A DNA stretch of 64,000 nt from a virus. Under the pieces are notes generated by a model. It had not been told where the DNA came from and searched no databases. It saw only the letters and a program-made list of their open reading frames with translations. Numbering within the stretch: position 1 is the stretch's first letter; each line of letters starts with the position of its first letter. The stretch is from IMG/VR virus record IMGVR_UViG_3300025828_000014; one strand, written 5' to 3'. Below are positions 56,456 through 64,000 of the stretch, in pieces. A program made the translations under genes and the position numbers.

Positions 56456-56698
56456 TTACTTGTTTGTCTTTGCTTCTCGTGCCTTTTCTGGATTATTTTT
56501 TGCTCTGCCGTCTTTTACATGCCTAATATGTTCTTGTAGTATTTCTTCTCGCCTAACATTGCATAGATTGCGTAGTTCAGATAGCTTTTTACGCACCTTC
56601 CTGCGTTTTAATTCTGCAGGACGATGGTTGAATATTTCGTTTAGTTCAAAATATTCAAGCACAGCAAGTATTATTTTATCGTGTGTATCCGAATCCAT
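56456..56698 (-). CDS. Hypothetical basic protein
   Basis: Start overlaps gp46 stop; RKVRKKLSEL..RREEI. Confidence 0.6.
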   Translation of the reverse strand: MDSDTHDKIILAVLEYFELNEIFNHRPAELKRRKVRKKLSELRNLCNVRREEILQEHIRHVKDGRAKNNPEKAREAKTNK

Positions 56699-58476
56699 TA
56701 ATCTACTATGTCAATATCTGTTGCATAACTTGTAAAGCCGTTTTCTTTAACAACTCTTAATACATTATTCACTCTGCCTACTAGTTCATCCTTGTGACTA
56801 ATCAAGAAAACGTTCTTATCACGCTCTCTAGTCATCTTTTTCAGTATGCCTATGCTGTTTTCTACGCCTGCTGTGTCCATTCCGCTATCAATAAGCTCGT
56901 CAATGAACAACAAGTTAATGCCTTGATATAAACTTTCCCAAACATCGCGGAATGCAAAGGAAAGACCGAGTATTAGCCTGTTACGTTCGCCACGTGACAA
57001 GTTATCAAAGTCTAAATCCTGTCCTAGCTGTGTAATTTCTACGTTTAAATCATTTTGGAACACAACTTGATGCGGTAAGCCTATTTTATCTAAGTAGTAA
57101 GTTAGCCTATTGTTTAGATATGCTAAGTTTTGATCAATAATCTTCTTTCTAATAAACGAATCTTTGTTTGTAAGTAACTTCAACAAGAAGTCTTGATGCT
57201 CTTTTACATTGTTTAGTTCGTTAATAGGTGCCCAATTGATCTCTTGTAATGCTGTATTGGTTAAATCGTTAATTTGTGCCTGGTAAGGATCTTCTTCTTG
57301 CTGTTTACTTAGCAAAGATTTCTTCAAATTATCTACATTGTTTCTATGTTCATATGCTTCTTTTACAGTTTCATAAAATGTTGTAGGACGACCGTTGATA
57401 TCACCAATTTTGTTAAGACCTTTAACAACATCATCTAATTTTCCAGCAACTTCTGTCTGATATGCCATAGAATCTTGCAAATCTTTGCTTTTAGTTGCAA
57501 GAATCTCTGCTTTTTTGTCTTCATGTAGTGCTTGTCCACATGTATAACAAGTAGCATCGTCAAGTTCTGCAATATCCTTGGTTGCGTTATCTACACTTTT
57601 GTTTGCTCTCATTAGAGCACTTTCTAATGTGGCTTTTTCTTTGTTAAGTGCAGCAATTGCAGCGTTTAACTCAGTCCAATTTTGCAATTTTTCATGACTA
57701 TCTAATTCTGCATCAATATCTAGTTGTTCTAGCTCTATAATAGCAGACTCTAAACGTTCAATATCGGTATTATGCTTGGCTTTCCATGCACGTTGCGTTT
57801 GTTTTAGATTGTTAATAGTGTTTTCAATGCCTTCGTTGGCTTTTTGTATAGCTTCTATCTTTAATGTTTCTTCTGTAATAGTATCTTTTGTTAATCTGAT
57901 ACTGTCTTTTAATAAATTTGCCTTTTCTGTAAGTATTGTAATACCAAGTAGCTGTTCAATAATAGCTCTTTGGTCATTTGCTCGCATACTTAGGAAAGGT
58001 TCTGTGTATGTATTAAGTGCAACAATGTGTTTGAACATATCATGACTCATATCCAACAAGTCATTGATAGTTTCTTGTGTTTTTCTACTGTCGCCTTGAC
58101 TGTTATCTTCTAATTCATCAAGTTGTTCACTGTCGTTTACGTAAAACTTTAGTATGTTAGGCGATCTACCACGTTCAATGCGGTATTTGTTACCACCTTT
58201 TTCAAAGTTTAGTGTAACCAACATGCCCTTGCTGTTGGTTTTGTTTATCAAGTTGTTACGCTTGATATTTGTTAGTGCTTGGCCGAACAAGGCGTAAGAT
58301 AATCCATTGATTATTGTAGTTTTGCCTGTTCCGTTTCGTGATCCAGTGTCGTCACCTCCTTGATCTAAATTTTCACCAAGCACTAGAGTGAGTTGATCCT
58401 CTTGGAAATCAACTGCTTGGGTAACATTACCCACACTCATAAAGTTTTTTACTGTAAGATCTTTTAATTTAATCAT
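56698..58476 (-). CDS. gp46: Recombination exonuclease ATPase subunit (Rad50/SbcC-like)
   Basis: KNFMSVGN, NGTGKTT, CYTC zinc hook, LSRGE signature, LFIDE, ISH. Confidence 0.96.
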   Translation of the reverse strand: MIKLKDLTVKNFMSVGNVTQAVDFQEDQLTLVLGENLDQGGDDTGSRNGTGKTTIINGLSYALFGQALTNIKRNNLINKTNSKGMLVTLNFEKGGNKYRIERGRSPNILKFYVNDSEQLDELEDNSQGDSRKTQETINDLLDMSHDMFKHIVALNTYTEPFLSMRANDQRAIIEQLLGITILTEKANLLKDSIRLTKDTITEETLKIEAIQKANEGIENTINNLKQTQRAWKAKHNTDIERLESAIIELEQLDIDAELDSHEKLQNWTELNAAIAALNKEKATLESALMRANKSVDNATKDIAELDDATCYTCGQALHEDKKAEILATKSKDLQDSMAYQTEVAGKLDDVVKGLNKIGDINGRPTTFYETVKEAYEHRNNVDNLKKSLLSKQQEEDPYQAQINDLTNTALQEINWAPINELNNVKEHQDFLLKLLTNKDSFIRKKIIDQNLAYLNNRLTYYLDKIGLPHQVVFQNDLNVEITQLGQDLDFDNLSRGERNRLILGLSFAFRDVWESLYQGINLLFIDELIDSGMDTAGVENSIGILKKMTRERDKNVFLISHKDELVGRVNNVLRVVKENGFTSYATDIDIVD

Positions 58477-59486
58477 TCTAAACCGTTGTAAATGTTTAAC
58501 AACAATGCCTTATCAAAGTTGTCACTGTCAATTGCCATAATTTCGTTGCTAACAATTTGATCAACACTTTCAAACTGTGCAATGTCAAGTTCTGTGTTTA
58601 TTTCTTCAAGTTGTTTGTGTGGAATAAGTGTTATTTCACGGCAATCATAATCTCTAATAAATGTTTCTTTAATGAAACTAGCTTCTTCATAACTTACTGG
58701 CAAGTCTAAGGTAACTCTTAGATACATTTTGCTTTTTAGCATTGTATCTTTTTCATCGATCAACTGAGATAGCCTTACAGTTCTATACTTAGGGCAGTCT
58801 AGCCAGTTGATATACTCTGGTTCTGCACCATTCTCACGGTCTAATATCATCATACCGCGGTCATCATCCCAAGCATCTGCATAGTTGTGTGGGAAAGCAT
58901 TACCAATGTAGTGGATCTTGCCTTGCTTCTGACGCTTGTGGAAGTGTCCACTGAACACATACTCTTGATTTACAAAGTGTTCGCTTTTCAGTTCGCCGTG
59001 ATCTGGCATTTGCACCATAGCATTCATGTAAAAACTAGGAAGTTCAAAGTGTCCAAACAGATACTTTGCTTCAATGCTACTCATACGTTTCCATTCGTCA
59101 CCTACTAACCAAGGCACTAATGCAACGTCATCTTCGATATGTATATCTTCAATAACTGTCACACCAGGTATATGTCTTGCAAATTCAGTAGATTTTACGT
59201 CACGTTTATCCTTGTAATACAAATCGTGATTGCCAGCAAACATATAAAACTTGTCAAATGCTGCACCTAGCTTTTCTAAACTGCGTATACCAGAATCCAT
59301 AGTTGTTAAATTTAAGCTGTTTCTGTTGTGATTCCAGTCACCAGTAAACAAGGCTGTTTCACACCCATGTTCTTTTGCAGTTTTGATAAACCAATCTACA
59401 TATTCTTCACAATCTTGGTTATGAACTCGCGAATTACCCTTCAATCCAAAGTGGATATCCGTAAAGACAGCGGCTTTTTTAAACAA
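58473..59486 (-). CDS. gp47: Recombination endonuclease subunit (Mre11/SbcD-like)
   Basis: TDIHFG, GDW, GNHD, GHFE, SGHFH. Confidence 0.96.
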   Translation of the reverse strand: MFKKAAVFTDIHFGLKGNSRVHNQDCEEYVDWFIKTAKEHGCETALFTGDWNHNRNSLNLTTMDSGIRSLEKLGAAFDKFYMFAGNHDLYYKDKRDVKSTEFARHIPGVTVIEDIHIEDDVALVPWLVGDEWKRMSSIEAKYLFGHFELPSFYMNAMVQMPDHGELKSEHFVNQEYVFSGHFHKRQKQGKIHYIGNAFPHNYADAWDDDRGMMILDRENGAEPEYINWLDCPKYRTVRLSQLIDEKDTMLKSKMYLRVTLDLPVSYEEASFIKETFIRDYDCREITLIPHKQLEEINTELDIAQFESVDQIVSNEIMAIDSDNFDKALLLNIYNGLE

Positions 59487-59511
59487 ATTGTTATTCCTTC
59501 TACCAACTTGT

Positions 59512-59540
59512 AGTATAAAACATTATTTTGAGATTGTCAA
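59512..59540 (-). promoter_or_regulatory. Sigma70-type promoter for gp47-gp46 operon
   Basis: TTGACA-17nt-TATACT. Confidence 0.8.
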
Positions 59541-60361
59541 TTACTTTCTTTTTCTCTACGCAAGGCTGCTTCCCATTCGCCTTGGTGCATTCTAGTATGA
59601 CTTGGGTTAAGATCGTTCATTTCTAGTATATCGTCTCTAATATTTTGGTTACGTTTTTCCAAATTAATCACTCTAACAAAGCTATTTGTAACTGCGGCTG
59701 TGTAATATGCAAATGGGTTTTGTGATTTTGATTCATCAAACTGCAAACCAATTTGTGCAAGTTGCAATATTGCTTGACCTTTCATTTCGTCATTATAAGT
59801 ATATCCACGAACATTGCCTCTAGTAGCATATCTATCTACAAGTTTCATCCACATCATAGCAAGTTTGTTAGTTGCCTTACCGTGATCTTTTGAAAAATGT
59901 CCATTTTCCATGCCACCAACCCAATGACTTTTGCCTACACAAATTAAATTATCGTTTTCATCAAACTTGTAGTGCTGATAAGGTGGAAAAGGTAGTTTTG
60001 TTTTTTTATCTGCTTCTGTTTTAGGGTTTTTCTTACGTCCTGGCTCTTCAGGAATGTGTTCAAATGTCATAATACGAAATATTAGTTCGTCTTTTTTGAT
60101 TTTTCTGTAATCTACTTCGCATTCGGCTTGTTTAACTTTTTTACCATTTGCTTTAGCTTGTTCATAAATTTCATTTGATTGTTTTTTTGCTTTTGCACGT
60201 TTTGCTTCAGCAATAGTTCTAACATTGATTTTATCAATACTATTCAAAATTAAATCGTAGTCTGCATGTTCTTTTTCTAAATAACTTGCAAATGAATTTT
60301 TTGATCTATGTATCTCAATTAACATGTCTTTGTTGTTGAGATAATTAACTCTTCTTGCCAT
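59537..60361 (-). CDS. gp55: Late-transcription sigma factor
   Basis: NYLNNKDM..RGYTYNDEM..FDESKSQNPFAYYT..SFVRVINLEKRNQ; upstream of gp47. Confidence 0.9.
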   Translation of the reverse strand: MARRVNYLNNKDMLIEIHRSKNSFASYLEKEHADYDLILNSIDKINVRTIAEAKRAKAKKQSNEIYEQAKANGKKVKQAECEVDYRKIKKDELIFRIMTFEHIPEEPGRKKNPKTEADKKTKLPFPPYQHYKFDENDNLICVGKSHWVGGMENGHFSKDHGKATNKLAMMWMKLVDRYATRGNVRGYTYNDEMKGQAILQLAQIGLQFDESKSQNPFAYYTAAVTNSFVRVINLEKRNQNIRDDILEMNDLNPSHTRMHQGEWEAALRREKESN

Positions 60362-60377
60362 GAGGTCTCCTTACTTG

Positions 60378-60418
60378 TATTTATAATAAACTACGTAGAT
60401 AATTTTGTCAACTAAATA
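60378..60418. promoter_or_regulatory. Divergent control region: sigma70 and late promoter for gp55 (-), late promoter for baseplate operon (+)
   Basis: Minus strand TTGACA-17nt-TATTAT overlapping TATAAATA; plus strand TAAATA at 60413-60418; CTACGTAG palindrome in the spacer. Confidence 0.75.
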
Positions 60419-60436
60419 CTATATAGGAGATTGAAT

Positions 60437-61321
60437 ATGTCTGTAATAAATGTAGTTGGTCAGCTGGTAAACACTGTGCAAACAGCTTTTAATAGTAATC
60501 CAATTGTAAAAACAGTGCGCACAATTGATGCTGCAAGAAAGGTATTTTCTTCTGGCAATGCAGAAGACTTTATTACCTTTGTAAGCCAGGGTAGATTAGG
60601 AACACAAGTAAGCTACGGTGCTTCACCTAATACTGCAACAGTAAGACAAGCAAGATTAGCCGCAGGTAATCAACAAAACGGCGAAGATTGGCGTGTGCGT
60701 ATTCATCTTCCTGCTGCACCGGATTATTTTACGCAAAGTCAAATTTTGTCACCTCTTTTTTTAAGTGATTACAGTTTAGTTTTTCCTACAACACCACAGA
60801 TTCTTTTGTCTAGCATGGCAAATTATGATCAAATACAACCTGTGCATACAAACTATCCTTATCATGTATATGAATCAAGTAGGATAGAAGATATCACAAT
60901 TAGTGCAGAATTTCCTGTAGAAAACGAAAGAGACGGAGCATATTGGGTAGCAGCAGTGCATTTTTTAAGAAGTATTACAAAAATGTTCTATGGGCAAGGA
61001 CCTTTGCAAGGTCATCCACCGCCTAGAGTGGCATTATCTGGATATGGTAATTTTATATTTGACCATACACCTGTTATTGTAAAGATGTTTAACCTAGATT
61101 TACCAAATGCAGTAGATTACATCAAAGTTCCTTTAGAAGATCAGGTATCACTTGATGATCAAATAAATGTGTCTGGTAATTATTGTTACGTTCCTACATT
61201 AAGCACTATTAACGTAACAGTTGCTCCAGCATACAGTAGAACAGCACAAAAGAATTTTAACTTAGAATCATTTATTAAAGGTGATTACATTGGCAATAAA
61301 ACTAATGGAGGATTTATCTAA
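60437..61321 (+). CDS. Baseplate tail-tube cap/initiator (gp48-like)
   Basis: DWRVRI..LVFPTTP..HTNY..HFLRSITKMFYG..PPP..LSGYG..PV. Confidence 0.7.
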   Translation: MSVINVVGQLVNTVQTAFNSNPIVKTVRTIDAARKVFSSGNAEDFITFVSQGRLGTQVSYGASPNTATVRQARLAAGNQQNGEDWRVRIHLPAAPDYFTQSQILSPLFLSDYSLVFPTTPQILLSSMANYDQIQPVHTNYPYHVYESSRIEDITISAEFPVENERDGAYWVAAVHFLRSITKMFYGQGPLQGHPPPRVALSGYGNFIFDHTPVIVKMFNLDLPNAVDYIKVPLEDQVSLDDQINVSGNYCYVPTLSTINVTVAPAYSRTAQKNFNLESFIKGDYIGNKTNGGFI

Positions 61322-61620
61322 TGGCAAAATATTCAGCTTCAAGTCCTTACTTTGAAACACCTATAAATGAAAGTTACATGGATATATACCAACCAAGATT
61401 TTTACCCGCAGTAGAAAATGATGTAACATATACTATTGAACCGCAATATACATATAGACCAGATTTGTTAAGTTTTGACTTATATGGTAATGCAAAATTA
61501 TGGTGGGTATTTGCTCTACGCAACATGGATATTATCAAAGATCCAGTCTTTGATTTTAGAGCAGGAACAACTATTAAATTACCGCAAAAAACTACACTTG
61601 ACTCTGTGCTTGGAGGATAA
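61321..61620 (+). CDS. gp53: Baseplate wedge protein gp53-like (LysM-type)
   Basis: YRPDLLSFDLYGNAKLWWVFA..N..DPVFDF..G..IKLP. Confidence 0.85.
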   Translation: MAKYSASSPYFETPINESYMDIYQPRFLPAVENDVTYTIEPQYTYRPDLLSFDLYGNAKLWWVFALRNMDIIKDPVFDFRAGTTIKLPQKTTLDSVLGG

Positions 61621-64000
61621 ATGGCATTAGAAAACCCTTTAAACAGTTTTGCTACCTACAACTATAACTTTGAATTTGGTGTTTTAAACGCTAGACAAGC
61701 CAACGGCGAACAAAGTTATAAAGATGGTGCAGCAGTTACCATTATCAAGTCTGGAGGGTTCTCTGACAAAAGTATAACTACAGCTATTGAGGACGATACT
61801 GGAACAAATGTTGAATTTTTTATAGACAATGTTAATGCAAGCTACTTGCCTACTGCTAATCCAGGAACTAGTTTTTCAAATGCAATACAAATTGATTTTC
61901 AAGTAATAGAACCAGGTAGCGTTGGGTTATTTTTTCAAAGTTTAAGTATTGCAACTGAGCAAGCACTTGGTGTTGGTGTAAGTTATTTGAATGCACCATT
62001 TTTATTCAAATGCACATTTAAAGGTTTTGATGATAACAATAATACAAAAATATTGCCATCGCACAATTTAGTATTGTCTTTGATAAATGTAACGTTTGAA
62101 GTCACAGCAGCAGGTGCTATGTATCAAGTGAGTGCTATACCTTGGAATCACAAAGCCTTTTTTGATCAAATATGTAGAATACCAAACGATGCTGCTTTAA
62201 AAGGGGGAAGTGTAGGAGAAATCTTATCTTGGGGAGAATTTAGTTTAGAAGAGCATCTAAACAAAATTGAAACTGAAAAAGCTAGACAAGATACAAATTA
62301 TATTCCGCATGAATTTAGAATAGATTTCCCACAAGATATTAGTTTATTAAATTCGGATGGAGCTTATGTAACTACTTCTAGACAATACGAATATTCATTA
62401 CAAGATAGAGCTAGAAGACAAAGAGATATTGCTGAAGAGCAAAGACAAACAGCAGTATCAGATGCTAGATTAATTCGACAAGCAAACCAACCTAGAGTTA
62501 CAGCATTAGAACAAACACTCTCTGGATTTGCAGATCCGTTTGAAAAACTACAAGCTGAAAGAAATCTAGCACAAATCAATAGACAAATACCAAATCCTCG
62601 TAGTATAAGAGCAAATGCAGTTATAAATGAAAACGAAAACGAATTAGGACAAGCACTTATTACAGATGATCAATTTGCCTACGGAAATATTCCTTTTAAA
62701 ACATTAGTTGACGGTCAAATAAGAGAAAACCCAGACGGAACAAAAGTGATTACTAGAGGATCAATGACATTTGATCCAGATAATAGAGAATTTCAATTTG
62801 GTGTTGGTGAAAAAATTGAAAAAATTATTGAAGGTGTTTTACTTGGAAGTGCATGGGGAAAGGCTAAAGCAGATGAACTTGCTGTAATAGATGGTTTTGG
62901 AGATCAAGGAGAAATAACTTGGTTTAAAATTCATTCTCGTAGCGAAATAATTGATCCAAGTATGATGGCAAAAACAGGTAATCCTGCAATGCGTTATACT
63001 TACATTGTGACACCGCAGAGCATTCATTCAAGTAGAATTACTGGACTAGCACCCCAAACTTACAGTCCTCAAATCAAAAAAGCAGTAAAACACTACAATT
63101 ATGTGTATACAGGACTTAACACAGATATTATAGATTTTACTTTTAATATTAACAATGCATTCTACAAAGAAATGACTAGACTTGGATCACAAGGCGGTCA
63201 GGACACTATGCAAAATTCAGGTAATAGGGCAGTAATAGAACCTACATCACAAAGTGTTTCAAGTGTTGGCCCAGGATTTTCAGTTACAGCCAGCGAAGAT
63301 TTTTCTAATCCGTCTGGTAATGTAGCCACAGGCAGTGGCACAACATCACCGTCAGGCGGATCTGGTGACGATAGCGGTAAAAGAAGAATAGCAGAACATT
63401 TTAACAAGTTAATTCTCAACAGTGACCAAGATAATGTTATGCTTGATTTAAGAATTTGGGGAGATCCTTTTTATTTTACTGAAGCTGACTTTGGCAACAA
63501 TCATCCTCAATCTAGTGCAATTGGTGTAACAGACAAAGGACATCTTGATATTACAAGAGGCGAAGTTTTTGTTTTGATTAGTTTTAGGACAAGTGTAGAT
63601 TTTGTTGGCAACCTTACTGCATTAGATCCTGCAAATGCTTTTAGCGGCGTATACAAGATTGTAACTTTCCGTAATGAATTTGCAAACGGAACATTTACAC
63701 AAACTTTGAATTTAATGAAAATGCCAGGACAAACATTAGAAGATCAAAATTTATCTAATAGTTTAGTTTTATCAAATCTTTATTCTAATCCAAATTTAGT
63801 TTTAGGAAATATCAACAGAAAAATTGCAAGTCAATCAGTTGCAACACAAGCTCTTTTACAAAAAACTGAATATGGTATAAACTCATTATTAACAGGATTT
63901 TCAAACAATCAAATTGATAAAATTCCTGAATTGTTTAGTGGCACAGCAATAAATGATATAGCACAAAATGTTTTTAGTGCATTTAATCAAATTAATTTAA
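61621..64000 (+). CDS. Large baseplate hub protein (gp27-like), runs off window end
   Basis: Not in ORF track. MALENPLNSFATYNY..FFIDN..IEPGSVG..YNYVYTGLNTDIIDF..IWGDP..FSGVYKI..F.NG.FTQTL; GGAGG SD; frame open at window end. Confidence 0.7.
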   Translation, partial: MALENPLNSFATYNYNFEFGVLNARQANGEQSYKDGAAVTIIKSGGFSDKSITTAIEDDTGTNVEFFIDNVNASYLPTANPGTSFSNAIQIDFQVIEPGSVGLFFQSLSIATEQALGVGVSYLNAPFLFKCTFKGFDDNNNTKILPSHNLVLSLINVTFEVTAAGAMYQVSAIPWNHKAFFDQICRIPNDAALKGGSVGEILSWGEFSLEEHLNKIETEKARQDTNYIPHEFRIDFPQDISLLNSDGAYVTTSRQYEYSLQDRARRQRDIAEEQRQTAVSDARLIRQANQPRVTALEQTLSGFADPFEKLQAERNLAQINRQIPNPRSIRANAVINENENELGQALITDDQFAYGNIPFKTLVDGQIRENPDGTKVITRGSMTFDPDNREFQFGVGEKIEKIIEGVLLGSAWGKAKADELAVIDGFGDQGEITWFKIHSRSEIIDPSMMAKTGNPAMRYTYIVTPQSIHSSRITGLAPQTYSPQIKKAVKHYNYVYTGLNTDIIDFTFNINNAFYKEMTRLGSQGGQDTMQNSGNRAVIEPTSQSVSSVGPGFSVTASEDFSNPSGNVATGSGTTSPSGGSGDDSGKRRIAEHFNKLILNSDQDNVMLDLRIWGDPFYFTEADFGNNHPQSSAIGVTDKGHLDITRGEVFVLISFRTSVDFVGNLTALDPANAFSGVYKIVTFRNEFANGTFTQTLNLMKMPGQTLEDQNLSNSLVLSNLYSNPNLVLGNINRKIASQSVATQALLQKTEYGINSLLTGFSNNQIDKIPELFSGTAINDIAQNVFSAFNQINL

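Noticed and set aside
1-64000. Stop-codon reassignment, inteins or introns in core genes
   Set aside because: Core genes are intact at expected lengths under code 11 and end in TAA, TAG or TGA; no intein-sized insertions seen in terminase, gp46 or capsid
1-64000. Calling the phage a cyanophage because of the phycobiliprotein-like repeats
   Set aside because: No photosynthesis or other cyanobacterial auxiliary genes in this window; the host cannot be assigned from this sequence

Overview
64 kb of an AT-rich T4-like myovirus genome (uncultured aquatic type, standard genetic code). It covers most of the virion morphogenesis module: portal gp20, protease gp21, scaffold gp22, major capsid gp23, terminase gp16/gp17, head completion gp4, neck gp13/14, gp15, sheath gp18, tube gp19, a tape-measure-like protein, baseplate gp26/51/48/53 and a hub protein. 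Also present are uvsX, gp32, gp46/47, the late sigma factor gp55, a NUDIX hydrolase and three glycosyltransferase-like genes. No tRNA, rRNA, CRISPR array or intron was recognised. Main observations: (1) two giant virion proteins (2620 and 3567 aa) carry 13 repeats that align by eye with the phycobiliprotein globin fold, including the bilin-attachment C-x-R-D motif; (2) a ~370-nt GC-rich, multiply pseudoknotted non-coding element starts at the stop codon of a stand-alone GIY-YIG nuclease; (3) a canonical -1 frameshift site joins the gp26-like and gp51-like genes; (4) a 1496-aa protein consists of ~12 degenerate GT-A-like repeats plus one intact DxD domain; (5) several late genes appear leaderless, and a palindromic operator-like motif recurs at promoters. 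All homology calls are by eye from recalled family motifs; no searches were run.
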